A stretch of DNA of 53,244 nt from an uncultured Candidatus Planktophila sp. Its GTDB lineage: Bacteria; Actinomycetota; Actinomycetes; Nanopelagicales; Nanopelagicaceae. The position numbers and the translations under genes were made by a program. Shown piece by piece: positions 20,083 through 30,293 of this stretch. The stretch is from contig CALMJL010000129.1 of assembly GCA_937864425.1 (NCBI GenBank), positions 1 through 53,244 on the forward strand, in the 5' to 3' direction. A model generated the notes under the pieces. That model saw only the letters and a list, made by a program, of their open reading frames with translations, made no database searches and was not told the origin of the DNA. Within the stretch, counting starts at the first letter, position 1. The number at the start of each line of letters is the position of its first letter.

Positions 20083-21218
20083 TGAGCACGCTCAATAACA
20101 ACGGCTATCGCAATGATGGTCCCTGGTGGATAGCACCGAGTAAAAATGGTTTAGGACGATCAGTTTCCTTGCGCACCGTCGCACTTGTTGCACTTGTGGC
20201 AGGAGTTGTTGGTGGAGTTTTCGGAGCCTCATCAAATGGTTCTCTTTTTGGTCGAAGTGCCAACTTGGTTAAATCAACGTCAGTTGTTGAGCGTCCAGCA
20301 GGATCTGTAGCAGAAATTGCTCAGCGAGTTTTGCCATCTGTTGTATCCATCGAAGCCCGTGCCACCAGAGGTGGATCAACTGGATCAGGATTTATTATTG
20401 ATAGCACCGGTTACATTCTTACCAACAACCATGTCATTGCGAATGCAGTCACATCAGGTGGCGATATCAGCGTGCGCCTCAATGACGGTACTTCTTATAA
20501 CGCTCAAGTTATTGGTCGCGATGGTGCTTATGATCTTGCGGTGTTAAAGATTCGTGCTGCAAACCTTAAAGCGCTCCAATTTGGTGATAGCGATAACGTT
20601 GCAGTTGGAGATTCAGTGATTGCGATTGGTTCGCCGCTTGGATTATCCGGAACCGTAACGCTTGGAATTATTAGCGCGAAGGATCGCGCCGTGACTGCTG
20701 GCGAAGGAAATTCTGAAAACTCATATATCAATGCTCTTCAAACCGATGCGGCAATTAATCCTGGTAACTCTGGTGGTCCACTCGTGAATGCAACGGGTGC
20801 GGTCATTGGCGTAAATTCTGCGATAGCTTCACTCGGATCCACTTTTGGTGGTCAAGCAGGGTCAATTGGGTTGGGTTTTGCCATTCCAATCAATCAAGCT
20901 CGCAAGACTGCCGACCAATTAATTAAAAATGGAAGCGCTCAATATCCAGTCATGGGAATTTCTGTAGATATGACCTACTCCGGTGATGGAGCACAGATAG
21001 CAAAATCTTCTAACGGAATACTGAAAGGTGGTCCGGCCGCTGCAGCAGGTCTGCAAGCGGGAGATATCATCACTGAAATTGATGGTCGTGCAGTGACATC
21101 TCCCGAAGAATTGATAGTTGCAGTGCGTTCTCACAGCGTAGGCGAGAAGATTTCTGTTACATATAAACGTAATGGTGTTAGCAAGACCATTACGCTCACT
21201 CTGGCTGCTTCCAAATAG
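20082..21218 (+). CDS. htrA: HtrA/DegP-like membrane-anchored serine protease with PDZ domain
   Basis: TM helix, GSGF, TNNHV, DLAVLK, QTDAAINPGNSGGPL, C-terminal PDZ; start 20082 (TGATG overlap). Confidence 0.93.
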   Translation: MSTLNNNGYRNDGPWWIAPSKNGLGRSVSLRTVALVALVAGVVGGVFGASSNGSLFGRSANLVKSTSVVERPAGSVAEIAQRVLPSVVSIEARATRGGSTGSGFIIDSTGYILTNNHVIANAVTSGGDISVRLNDGTSYNAQVIGRDGAYDLAVLKIRAANLKALQFGDSDNVAVGDSVIAIGSPLGLSGTVTLGIISAKDRAVTAGEGNSENSYINALQTDAAINPGNSGGPLVNATGAVIGVNSAIASLGSTFGGQAGSIGLGFAIPINQARKTADQLIKNGSAQYPVMGISVDMTYSGDGAQIAKSSNGILKGGPAAAAGLQAGDIITEIDGRAVTSPEELIVAVRSHSVGEKISVTYKRNGVSKTITLTLAASK

Positions 21219-21238
21219 CAGAGTAAAGTTGCCACACT

Positions 21239-21541
21239 ATGTTCTTTGATTTTGGTGCTGGCGAGATTATTGGTTTATTGGTCCTTGCCGTCATTTTGAT
21301 TGGGCCAGAGCGACTTCCTCATTTTGCAGTCGATGCTGCAAAGTTTGTTAAACGAGTTCGCGAGATAGCCACTACAGCAACAAATGAGTTAAAAGAGAAT
21401 CTTGGACCAGGTTTTGAAGATTTGACTCCTACCGATCTGAATCCGAAAACATTTCTTAAGCGTCAATTAGATAGCGTGCTGGATGATTCTGATCAGCCGC
21501 AACCGAAAATTAATCGTCGAATTGACCCAGATTTACTATGA
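21239..21541 (+). CDS. tatB: Twin-arginine translocase subunit TatB
   Basis: FDFG..E, TM, GPERLP, amphipathic helix, DLNPKTF; htrA-tatB-mrp synteny. Confidence 0.88.
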   Translation: MFFDFGAGEIIGLLVLAVILIGPERLPHFAVDAAKFVKRVREIATTATNELKENLGPGFEDLTPTDLNPKTFLKRQLDSVLDDSDQPQPKINRRIDPDLL

Positions 21542-22656
21542 CGCAGATCGAAGAAATTCATTCAGCACTTGCTACGGTAAAAGATCCTGAACTTCATCGC
21601 ACCCTGCCAGAACTAGGAATGGTGAAATCTGTAGCTGTGCAAGGTGATACCGCTATTTTGGAAATTTATCTCACAATCGCAGGATGCCCGATGAAGGATC
21701 AGCTCACCCGCGATATTGAAAAATCAGTTCTTGCAGTGTCTGGAATTTCACGCGTGGATCTCTCCTTTACTCCTATGAATGATGAGCAACGTGCTGCAAT
21801 CAAAAAGTTGCTCCGCAATGGGCGAGAAAGTTTTATCTCGTTTGCGCAAAAAGATTCCCTGACTCGCGTCATTGGTGTTGCTTCGGGTAAAGGGGGAGTA
21901 GGTAAATCTTCGCTGACGGTAAATCTTGCAGTTGCCAGCGCTCAACGTGGTTTGCGAGTTGGAATTCTTGATGCAGATGTCTACGGACACTCAGTTCCGA
22001 GACTTCTGAACCTCATCGGACAAAGGCCCACTGCAATCGATCAGATGTTTATTCCCCTTGAGTCATACGGGGTCAAAGTTGTCTCCATGGAAATGTTTAA
22101 ACCAGAACGTAGCGATGCCATTGCATATCGCGGACCTTTGCTCCATCGAGTTTTGGAACAATTGCTTTCGGATGCGTATTGGGGAGATTTAGATTTACTC
22201 TTTATTGATCTTCCTCCTGGAACCGGAGACCTCGCAATCTCTCTTGGCCAATTAGTCCCGAATTCCGAAATTATTGTTGTTACAACGCCACAAGTTGCAG
22301 CTGCTGAAGTGGCAGAACGTGCAGGACGTATTGCTCATCAAATCCACCAAAGAGTTCTTGGGGTTATCGAAAATATGTCAGCGTACCCATGTGAAAAATG
22401 TGGCGAGCCCACATCGCTTTTTGGTGAAGGGGGTGGAGCTGAAACCGCACATCGCCTTACTCAATTAGTAGGAGGAGATGTTCCCTTGCTCGGAAAAATT
22501 CCTTTCAGCCCTCAATTGCGAAATGGTGGAGATGAAGGAACTCCTGTTGTGATTGCAGCTCCAGAAAGTGCAAGCGCCCAAGCGATTGAAGAAATTGTGG
22601 CTAAATTGATTGTGCGCGAAAAATCGTTACTTGGTGTCCGGCTCGGACTTGCGTAG
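21538..22656 (+). CDS. mrp: Mrp/NBP35 Fe-S carrier ATPase
   Basis: N-terminal DUF59-like (DPEL, T..GCP), SGKGGVGKS, DADVYG, DLPPGTGD, ENMS, CEKC. Confidence 0.94.
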   Translation: MTQIEEIHSALATVKDPELHRTLPELGMVKSVAVQGDTAILEIYLTIAGCPMKDQLTRDIEKSVLAVSGISRVDLSFTPMNDEQRAAIKKLLRNGRESFISFAQKDSLTRVIGVASGKGGVGKSSLTVNLAVASAQRGLRVGILDADVYGHSVPRLLNLIGQRPTAIDQMFIPLESYGVKVVSMEMFKPERSDAIAYRGPLLHRVLEQLLSDAYWGDLDLLFIDLPPGTGDLAISLGQLVPNSEIIVVTTPQVAAAEVAERAGRIAHQIHQRVLGVIENMSAYPCEKCGEPTSLFGEGGGAETAHRLTQLVGGDVPLLGKIPFSPQLRNGGDEGTPVVIAAPESASAQAIEEIVAKLIVREKSLLGVRLGLA

Positions 22657-23121
22657 CTCTTCAGAGATTTCTTTCACAACTTCGCTTAATTCATTACGTA
22701 AGTAATCTCGCGTTGCAACATCTCCAAGTGCAATTCGCAAGCTTGCCAATTCACGGGTGAGATATTCAGTATCAGCAATGCTTCGTGCGTTCTGAGCGCG
22801 ATCTTCATTGAGCGCAACTCGGTCTCTATCTGCTTGGCGATTTTGGGCAAGCAAAATGAGTGGTGCTGCATACGATGCTTGGAGCGAAAGAATGAGCGTG
22901 AGAAAGATAAATGGATATTTATCAAAACGCATATCAACAGGTGCGAGCGTGTTCCAAGTTACCCAACCAAGCACAAATGCGGTCATATAAACCAAGAAGC
23001 GAGCAGTACCTAAAAAGCGTGCGAATCTCTCTGAGAGTCGACCAAATGTTTCAGGATCGTAATTACCGCGAAGTGAACGACGAACTTCGCGAGGAGTATC
23101 TAGGCGATCATTGCGTGCCAT
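22627..23121 (-). CDS. DUF1003 membrane protein
   Basis: FD.YPFIFLTLILSLQASYAAPLILLAQNRQ signature. Confidence 0.9.
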   Translation of the reverse strand: MARNDRLDTPREVRRSLRGNYDPETFGRLSERFARFLGTARFLVYMTAFVLGWVTWNTLAPVDMRFDKYPFIFLTLILSLQASYAAPLILLAQNRQADRDRVALNEDRAQNARSIADTEYLTRELASLRIALGDVATRDYLRNELSEVVKEISEELRKSEPDTK

Positions 23122-23123
23122 GG

Positions 23124-24437
23124 TTAACCCTCCTTCGGCAATTGCGAATCAATACTTTGTAGCGCTGCAGAAGTGACAGCGCTTGAAGCGGTCAAATCAC
23201 GATGATCGTGGCGCCAGTTTTCTGGCAACAAGTGATCTAACACGTCATCAACTGTCACGGCCCCGAGTAATCGCTCATTTGCATCAATCACAGGCAGCGA
23301 AAGTAAGTTGTAACTGGCTAAGTATGACGAAACTTCATTCAATGATGCGTTGGGATTTACTCCCTTAGTTGCAGTATCCACGATAGATCCGAGCAGAGTT
23401 GATGGCGGTTCGCGTAGTAGACGTTGGTAATGCACCATTCCGATATATCGTCCCGTTGGGGTTTCTAGCGGTTGGCGGGTAATGAAAACTTGCGATGCAA
23501 GGGCTGCTGAGATTTCACTTTGACGAACCGCAGCAAGAGCATCAGCGACGGTGTAGTCAGCAGACATGACAATCGGTTCTGTTGTCATCATTCCGCCAGC
23601 TGAATAATCTTCATAGGTCATCAACCGAAGCAAATCTTCCGCATCTTCTGGGTCCATTAACTCAATCAGGGCTTGAGCACGTTCTTCTCCGATTTCGCGA
23701 AGTAAGTCGGCAGCATCATCTGGATCCATCTCTTCCAGAACATCGGCAGCGCGTTCACCTTCAAGTTCTGCCATCAAGGAGACACGAGCGCCCTCTTCCA
23801 TCTCTTCCAGAACATCGGCTAAACGCTCATCATCGAGTGCGCGCGCAACTTCAACGCGACGCTTTGGTGCAAGATCATGAAGCACGCTCGCTAAATCTGC
23901 TGGACGTAAGGTGCTTAAGGTGGAGAGCAAGTGAGTAACGCCTTGATGCGTTTCGGGATGGGTTATTCCAGAGACTTCTTCCCACGCAACAGTTGAGGTT
24001 GCACCTTTGCGACGTAGTCCGCGACCTTTGCGCATAACGTGAACTCGAGTAATAAACCAATCACCGTTGCGATTCTGTTCCATGCCGAGATCTTCAACAG
24101 TGACGTTCTGTCCATCTTCAACCAAGGAGACTGTTCGATCGAGGAAATCACCGAGCACCATCATTTCTCCAGCGCGAGTTTCAAAACGGCGCATATTGAG
24201 CAATCCCGTGATAACAACAGCGCCTGCTTCAATCGACGTGACACGAGTAATAGGTACGAAAACTCTTCGGCGAAGTGGAACTTCAACTACTAAGCCAAGG
24301 ATGCGCGGAGGTTGATTATTTGAACGCAGGGTCGCGACAGCATCGCGCACCTTGCCAACTGGATCGCCATTTGGGTCAAAAACCGCTGTTCCTGCAAGAC
24401 GGGCGAGAAATATGCGTGTGATGTTATTTCCGCTCAT
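23124..24437 (-). CDS. MgtE intracellular-domain protein (PRC-barrel, MgtE_N, CBS pair; no TM domain)
   Basis: Acidic helical repeats (ADVLEEM, DDAADLL), SAGGMMT, CBS LPVID..RLLGAVTVDDVLD; no hydrophobic segment. Confidence 0.88.
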   Translation of the reverse strand: MSGNNITRIFLARLAGTAVFDPNGDPVGKVRDAVATLRSNNQPPRILGLVVEVPLRRRVFVPITRVTSIEAGAVVITGLLNMRRFETRAGEMMVLGDFLDRTVSLVEDGQNVTVEDLGMEQNRNGDWFITRVHVMRKGRGLRRKGATSTVAWEEVSGITHPETHQGVTHLLSTLSTLRPADLASVLHDLAPKRRVEVARALDDERLADVLEEMEEGARVSLMAELEGERAADVLEEMDPDDAADLLREIGEERAQALIELMDPEDAEDLLRLMTYEDYSAGGMMTTEPIVMSADYTVADALAAVRQSEISAALASQVFITRQPLETPTGRYIGMVHYQRLLREPPSTLLGSIVDTATKGVNPNASLNEVSSYLASYNLLSLPVIDANERLLGAVTVDDVLDHLLPENWRHDHRDLTASSAVTSAALQSIDSQLPKEG

Positions 24438-24478
24438 GGGATAAGAGTAACGCGTGCACTATCGGCTAGGTTTGGCAT
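24438..24478. promoter_or_regulatory. Divergent leaderless promoters for the MgtE-like gene (-) and DMT (+)
   Basis: TAGGTT 6 nt before ATG 24479; minus-strand TACTCT 6 nt before ATG 24437. Confidence 0.68.
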
Positions 24479-25399
24479 ATGTCGAAAGCGCGGAATTCAT
24501 TCGAAGATTCGGTGCATCATCACACTGCACTTCCTGCGCGGCCAGACCTGATTCGATTAATTATCGGAATATTTGGGGTTGGTTCATCAGGACCATTGAT
24601 TGCCCTCAGCGCCATGCCAGTTCCGACATTGATTTTTTGGCGCAATTTAGGTGGTGCCATTGTGACGCTGCCATTTGCATTGCGGCACAAGATTGATCGC
24701 ACTGGTGCAAAGTGGGCAATTTTGGCTGGCATTGTTTTGGCGCTGCATTTCATTGGATTTTTTCTTTCGATGCGACTTACCAGCGTCACTGCCGGAACTG
24801 CCATTGTTGCCACCCAACCAATCTTTGCCGCATTTTTCGTGAAATTAACTGGAGGGCATATTCCTCGCAAAGCTTGGTTTGGAATGCTCATCAGTTTTTC
24901 CGGCGTTTTGCTTGTTACTGGAATTGATTTACAACTCGACCGACGTTCATTCTTAGGTGATTTAGCAGCGCTAATCTCAGGTGCACTTGCTGCTTGTTAC
25001 ATGCTGATTGGTTCACGTGCGCAGCGCACTCTCGAAACTTTTTCCTACACCACCATGTGTTACTCAGTCTGCGCGATTACCGCATTGCCATTTATCTTCT
25101 TTGCTGGATATGAAATTCTGGGTTTTCCAGCGAGAGAGTGGTTGATTCTCTGTGGCTTGATATTAGGCGCTCAGATATTGGGGCACACTATGTTTAATCT
25201 GACTTTAAAGCGGGTTTCACCAGCAGTTGTCTCCATGATTGTTTTCTTTGAAGTTCCTATTGCTGCTGCACTCTCATTTCTCTTTAAGATTGGTAAGCAA
25301 CCAACAATTTTGATTATCCCGGGCGTAGTACTTATCTTGCTGGGTTGTATGTTGGTTGTCATGCGTACCCGAAATGAATCAGCCGTGGTGCAGCCGTGA
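24479..25399 (+). CDS. DMT/EamA family transporter
   Basis: About 10 hydrophobic helices; LALHF, TSV, QPIF, GDLAAL, QILGHT.FN. Confidence 0.9.
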   Translation: MSKARNSFEDSVHHHTALPARPDLIRLIIGIFGVGSSGPLIALSAMPVPTLIFWRNLGGAIVTLPFALRHKIDRTGAKWAILAGIVLALHFIGFFLSMRLTSVTAGTAIVATQPIFAAFFVKLTGGHIPRKAWFGMLISFSGVLLVTGIDLQLDRRSFLGDLAALISGALAACYMLIGSRAQRTLETFSYTTMCYSVCAITALPFIFFAGYEILGFPAREWLILCGLILGAQILGHTMFNLTLKRVSPAVVSMIVFFEVPIAAALSFLFKIGKQPTILIIPGVVLILLGCMLVVMRTRNESAVVQP

Positions 25400-26241
25400 T
25401 TGATTTACATACTCACTCAACGTGTAGCGATGGGACAGAATCACCTTTTACGGTCGTAAAAAAAGCGCTGTCAGCAGGAATCACCATCTTGGGTATTACC
25501 GATCACGATACAACCGCCGGTTGGAATGAAGCTCAGAGCGCAATGGCTCCTCAGATTCAATTAGCACTTGGCGCAGAAATATCATGTTTGACCGATGATG
25601 GAATAAGCGTGCATATGTTGGGACTTCTCTTTGATGGTGAAAATGAACAGATGCAAAGAATGCTTGCTGATTCTCGGGATACACGCGTTCCCCGCATGCG
25701 CAAAATGGTGACTCTGCTGCAAGAAGCGGGTTATGAAATTACGATGGAAGATGTGCTGGCTGCATCACCTGACCAGGCAACTTTAGGTCGCCCACACTTA
25801 GCAGATGCGCTTGTCAGTAAAAAGATTGTGAAAGATAGGGCAGAAGCATTCGCCCAACTACTCCACAATGACTCTAAGTTTTATGTCACTCATCTTTCTC
25901 CGACCCCGGTTGATGCAATTAAGACCATTAGGGCTGCAGGGGGAGTTGCGGTGATTGCTCATCCTTTTGCATCACGTCGCGGACAGACGCTTCGAGCAGA
26001 ATCTTTTCAAGATTTAGTTGATGCGGGCCTTAATGGAATTGAAGTCCATCACCGTGATCAGAGCCCAGATGAACAACACATATTGAGTGAAATAGCAGTT
26101 GAAATGAATTTAGCTATCACTGGTTCAAGTGACTACCATGGCGCTGGAAAAGTTAACCAGCTAGGTGAAAATACAACCCATCTAGATGAATGGGAAAAGC
26201 TTGAGTCACAAGCAAATGCGCGAAGGGTAATCAGCAAATGA
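25396..26241 (+). CDS. PHP-domain phosphoesterase (YciV/TrpH-like)
   Basis: DLHTHS..SDG, TDHD, GAEIS, HMLG, GRPHLA, AHP, GSSDYHG. Confidence 0.92.
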   Translation: MIDLHTHSTCSDGTESPFTVVKKALSAGITILGITDHDTTAGWNEAQSAMAPQIQLALGAEISCLTDDGISVHMLGLLFDGENEQMQRMLADSRDTRVPRMRKMVTLLQEAGYEITMEDVLAASPDQATLGRPHLADALVSKKIVKDRAEAFAQLLHNDSKFYVTHLSPTPVDAIKTIRAAGGVAVIAHPFASRRGQTLRAESFQDLVDAGLNGIEVHHRDQSPDEQHILSEIAVEMNLAITGSSDYHGAGKVNQLGENTTHLDEWEKLESQANARRVISK

Positions 26242-26849
26242 ATACGATGAGTTCGCTTACTTTTGCATCACAAGCATTTGTCACGCTCTTTGTGATTATG
26301 GATCCTCCAGGTGCAACTCCAATTTTTCTTGGATTGGTGGGAGATAAAAGTTCACGCGAACGTACCCGGCTAGCGTGGCAGGCTGCCGCTGTCTCACTCT
26401 TTGTTATTGCATCCTTTGCACTCTTTGGACAATTCATTTTGGATTACATGAATGTATCGATTGAAGCGCTGCAAGCAGCCGGTGGACTTCTGCTTCTCTA
26501 TGTTTCACTTCAATTGTTGACTGGGACTTCACAAGGCGGCGCTAAAAAGAAGAGCAATAACATTGGGATGGTTCCACTAGGCACACCGCTTCTTGCAGGA
26601 CCTGGTGCCATTGTTGCCACCATGATTTATGTGCAGAAAGCCGATACCAGCGGACAATTTCTGGGACTTGCACTTGCGATTGTTGCAGTTCATCTCATTA
26701 TCGGAACTGTGTTGATGGCTTCGAGCAAAATTGTTCACATCATTAAAGAGGCTGGAGTCTCACTCCTTGCCAGCATCGCTGGTTTACTGCTTGCCGCTAT
26801 TGCTGTTCAAATGCTGGCAAATGCCATCAAAGCCTTTATTGCTCAGTAG
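26238..26849 (+). CDS. MarC family membrane protein
   Basis: LFVIMDPPG..PIF, AGGLLL, VPLGTPLLAGPGAI. Confidence 0.93.
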   Translation: MNTMSSLTFASQAFVTLFVIMDPPGATPIFLGLVGDKSSRERTRLAWQAAAVSLFVIASFALFGQFILDYMNVSIEALQAAGGLLLLYVSLQLLTGTSQGGAKKKSNNIGMVPLGTPLLAGPGAIVATMIYVQKADTSGQFLGLALAIVAVHLIIGTVLMASSKIVHIIKEAGVSLLASIAGLLLAAIAVQMLANAIKAFIAQ

Positions 26850-28152
26850 CAATTCTCTTGGTGCGGACTCTTTCGCGCTTTTTCGCTGGTGATTGTGTCT
26901 TCGAAGCTACTTTTTCAGTGCGTTCTTTTTTAACTTTACTCATTCTGCCTTGAGCATCTCGCGGGATATTGAGCATTTCATAGAGATGATCAGACGAGGA
27001 GTACGTCTCTATCGGTTCTGGTAGTCCTAAGCTCAGTGCAGTATCAATCATTTTCCACCGCGCTAGTTCATCCCAATCAACAAAAGTAACAGCGATTCCA
27101 TGCGCCCCAGCTCGAGCGGTACGTCCAATTCTGTGAACATACGTCTTTTCATCTTCTGGGCATTGATAATTAATAACATGGGTAATTCCATCAATATCAA
27201 TTCCGCGAGCTGCTACATCTGTTGCAATCAGTACATCTGATTTGCCACCTTTAAAGTCATTGAGGGCACGTTCACGCGCAGTTTGCCCTAAGTCTCCGTG
27301 AATTGAAGCTGCTCTAAATCCACGTTCGACGAGATCATCGGAAGTTTTTTGGGCAGTTCGTTTAGTGCGACAGAAGACAATCGTTGGTCCACGATTTTCT
27401 GCTTGCAGAATTCGCGCGAGTAATTCAGTTTTATCCATAGCATGTGCCCGGATGACATGTTGCTCAATGCGCGAAACAACTGCACCTTCATCTTCGAGAT
27501 TGCTTGCGCGAATATGTACTGGTTGATTCATAAAGCGCCGTGCCAGCGCAATAATGTCGCCCGGCATAGTTGCTGAAAAGAGCATAGTTTGAACTCGGGC
27601 GGGTGTGCTGGTGAAGATCTTTTCAACATCTGGCAAGAATCCGAGGTCGAGCATTTCATCTGCTTCATCAAGCACAACTCGAGAGACATATTTAAGTTGC
27701 AGCTGTCCTTGTCGATAGAGATCGAGCAAACGTCCTGGTGTTCCGACCACGATTTCAACGCCTGCTTGCAGCGCATCAATTTGAGGCTCGAATGCTTTTC
27801 CGCCATACACAGCAAGTGTTCGGATACCGCGATTTGTTGAGAGTTCCATCAAATCTTTTGTCACTTGGATACATAGTTCGCGTGTTGGAACAACTACTAG
27901 TGCTTGCGGTTTACCTTGCTCTGAAAGCGTTTCCCACTCTTGATCATGGGGTGCAATGACGCGCTCAATCAGCGGCACGCCAAATGCGAGAGTCTTTCCG
28001 GTTCCGGTCTTTGCTTGTCCGATCACATCGCCATCGGCGAGCGCTAGTGGGAGAACTTGTTCTTGAATGGGAAAGGGTGCAATAAATCCATGTTCGTTGA
28101 GCGCCGCAATTGTTTCGGGGCGAAGTGGAAGATCGGAGAAATTGAGTGACAC
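26836..28152 (-). CDS. DEAD-box RNA helicase
   Basis: Q motif PFPIQ, AKTGTGKT, PTREL, TPGRL, DEAD, SAT, ARGID, HRIGRTAR. Confidence 0.96.
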   Translation of the reverse strand: MSLNFSDLPLRPETIAALNEHGFIAPFPIQEQVLPLALADGDVIGQAKTGTGKTLAFGVPLIERVIAPHDQEWETLSEQGKPQALVVVPTRELCIQVTKDLMELSTNRGIRTLAVYGGKAFEPQIDALQAGVEIVVGTPGRLLDLYRQGQLQLKYVSRVVLDEADEMLDLGFLPDVEKIFTSTPARVQTMLFSATMPGDIIALARRFMNQPVHIRASNLEDEGAVVSRIEQHVIRAHAMDKTELLARILQAENRGPTIVFCRTKRTAQKTSDDLVERGFRAASIHGDLGQTARERALNDFKGGKSDVLIATDVAARGIDIDGITHVINYQCPEDEKTYVHRIGRTARAGAHGIAVTFVDWDELARWKMIDTALSLGLPEPIETYSSSDHLYEMLNIPRDAQGRMSKVKKERTEKVASKTQSPAKKRERVRTKRIATEQ

Positions 28153-28404
28153 TTACGCAACGCCGAAACCGACGCGACGTTCAGCTGGCTCGCCAATTTC
28201 GACATAACCAATTTTGTCGGCAGGAACGATGATTTCATTGCCGACCACATCTTGAAGAACAAGGGGAGCAGCTGAGGTCAGGGCTGCAGTGACAGCAGCT
28301 TTGATTTCAGCCGGAGATGAAGAACATTGAAATGAGAGTTCGCTGCCTACGTTGGTAATTGAAATTCTTACCTTTGACGCTTTTTCGCTTTTCTTTGAAC
28401 TCAT
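28153..28404 (-). CDS. DUF3107 family protein
   Basis: IVPADKIGYVEIG...RRVGF signature; -10 TAAGAT 6 nt upstream. Confidence 0.88.
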   Translation of the reverse strand: MSSKKSEKASKVRISITNVGSELSFQCSSSPAEIKAAVTAALTSAAPLVLQDVVGNEIIVPADKIGYVEIGEPAERRVGFGVA

Positions 28405-28419
28405 AACGCTATCTTAGAG

Positions 28420-29055
28420 TTAAGAGTCAGTACGAGGAAATCCGGAGATACCTCTCCACATGAGATTTTCGACAAGTTCCATCGCTTGTTGGCGTGACAA
28501 TTTGCTATCTCGTGCAAGCCAATGGCGTGCAGTTACTTGTACATACCCAATCAATCCAACTCCCAGCATCATGGCCGCTTCCTTAGGAAGTCCGGTGTCA
28601 TTTGAGATCACACCACTGACTGCTGCGGCACAGTCGTAGGTCATGCGATTGAGTCGTTCTCGGACTTGTGGTTCAACATTCATATCGCTCTCAAAGAGCA
28701 GACGAAATGCTTCACCTTCATTTTCAATAAAGTTGAAGTAAGCCTCAATGGTCACATGCACTCGCTGCTGGTTATCTGGTGTTGATGAAATTGCTTTTTG
28801 GATTTCATAGACCAAAGAGTCGATGTGGAGATCAAGAACGGCAAGGTAGAGATCGAGCTTTGACGGGAAGTGCTGATACAGCACAGGCTTGCTGACATTT
28901 GCGCGATCGGCGATTTCATCCATCGCAGCAGAGTGGTAGCCAGCTGCTGTAAAAACTTCGAGAGCTGCGGCTAAGAGAATGGCACGACGTTCATCGCGAG
29001 GTAAACGAGATTTATCTGTTCGCGAATTGTTTGCAGAAAGAGATTGCGTATCCAT
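28420..29055 (-). CDS. TetR/AcrR family regulator (Rv3208-like)
   Basis: RLPRDERR, GYHSAAMDEIADRANVSKPVLYQHFPSK, WRGISGFP; start 29055 supported by -10 TACGAT 7 nt upstream. Confidence 0.93.
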   Translation of the reverse strand: MDTQSLSANNSRTDKSRLPRDERRAILLAAALEVFTAAGYHSAAMDEIADRANVSKPVLYQHFPSKLDLYLAVLDLHIDSLVYEIQKAISSTPDNQQRVHVTIEAYFNFIENEGEAFRLLFESDMNVEPQVRERLNRMTYDCAAAVSGVISNDTGLPKEAAMMLGVGLIGYVQVTARHWLARDSKLSRQQAMELVENLMWRGISGFPRTDS

Positions 29056-29111
29056 TGTGCGCATCGTATAAGAATTCGCATCGAATGGCACAGTACGGCA
29101 GAATTGGATTT

Positions 29112-30293
29112 ATGAAGACCCCGCCGCTTGTGAATCCTGGCCCTGCGCTCACAGTTGATGAAGTTCGTCGCTATAGCCGCCATCTGATTATTCCTGACGT
29201 GGCGATGGCAGGTCAGCAGCGAATGATGAATGCCAAGGTTCTCTGCGTTGGCGCAGGTGGGCTCGGATCTCCAGCGCTCATGTATTTGGCTGCTGCAGGA
29301 ATTGGAACATTAGGTATTGTCGAATTTGATACCGTCGACGAATCAAATTTGCAACGACAGATTATTCATGGCCAATCAGATATTGGAAAAAGCAAAGCTG
29401 AGAGCGCTCGCGAAAAAATTGCCGAAATTAATCCATATGTAAAGGTAACTTTGCACGAGACTCGACTCGATAATTCAAATGTTTTAGAGATCTTTTCGCA
29501 ATATGACATCATCGTGGACGGAACTGATAATTTTGCAACTCGTTATCTCGTCAATGATGCATGTGTACTTCTCAAGAAACCATATGTGTGGGGTTCGATC
29601 TATCGTTTTGATGGACAGGCAAGTGTTTTCTGGGCCGAATATGGTCCCTGCTACCGCTGCCTCTATCCTGAACCACCGCCACCAGGAATGGTGCCAAGTT
29701 GTGCCGAAGGTGGAGTCCTTGGGGTTTTATGCGCAACCATTGGTTCACTACAAACCACTGAGGCAATCAAAGTTCTCACTGGAGTCGGTGAACCTCTCAT
29801 TGGTTCGCTCATGGTCTATGACGCGCTAGAAATGACATTTCGCAAAATCAAAGTCCGTAAAGATCCGCAGTGCCCGATCTGCAGTGAAAATCCACGCCAA
29901 ACCGCGCTCCTTCCTGATTACGAAGCATTCTGCGGAGTTTTATCTGATGCAGCGGCGGAAGCAAGCACGGGGTCAACAATTACGGTCCAGGAACTTAAGA
30001 GCAAAATTGATGCGAGTGAAGATTATTACTTGATTGATGTGCGCGAACCGAGCGAGTTTGAAATTGTGCGGATTCCAACATCTCATCTCATTCCTAAGCA
30101 AGGATTTATTGATGGGTCAGCGCTGGCAGCGCTTCCTCAAGATAAACCAATTATTTTGCATTGCAAGAGCGGTGTTCGCTCCGCTGAATGTTTAGCAATT
30201 CTCAAGGGCGCTGGCTTTGCAGATGCAACTCATGTTGCTGGTGGAGTGGTTGCCTGGGCAAAACAAATTGACACAACTCTTCCGGTGTATTGA
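29112..30293 (+). CDS. moeZ: Adenylyltransferase/sulfurtransferase MoeZ (ThiF/MoeB plus rhodanese)
   Basis: [34 protein letters not shown], rhodanese DVRE and HCKSGVRS. Confidence 0.93.
   Translation: MKTPPLVNPGPALTVDEVRRYSRHLIIPDVAMAGQQRMMNAKVLCVGAGGLGSPALMYLAAAGIGTLGIVEFDTVDESNLQRQIIHGQSDIGKSKAESAREKIAEINPYVKVTLHETRLDNSNVLEIFSQYDIIVDGTDNFATRYLVNDACVLLKKPYVWGSIYRFDGQASVFWAEYGPCYRCLYPEPPPPGMVPSCAEGGVLGVLCATIGSLQTTEAIKVLTGVGEPLIGSLMVYDALEMTFRKIKVRKDPQCPICSENPRQTALLPDYEAFCGVLSDAAAEASTGSTITVQELKSKIDASEDYYLIDVREPSEFEIVRIPTSHLIPKQGFIDGSALAALPQDKPIILHCKSGVRSAECLAILKGAGFADATHVAGGVVAWAKQIDTTLPVY

Noticed and set aside
23640-23900. Repeated tcttccagaacatcggc-type sequences in the MgtE-like gene
   Set aside because: They encode the protein-level helical repeats (ADVLEEM) of the MgtE N-domain; not a DNA repeat array or CRISPR.
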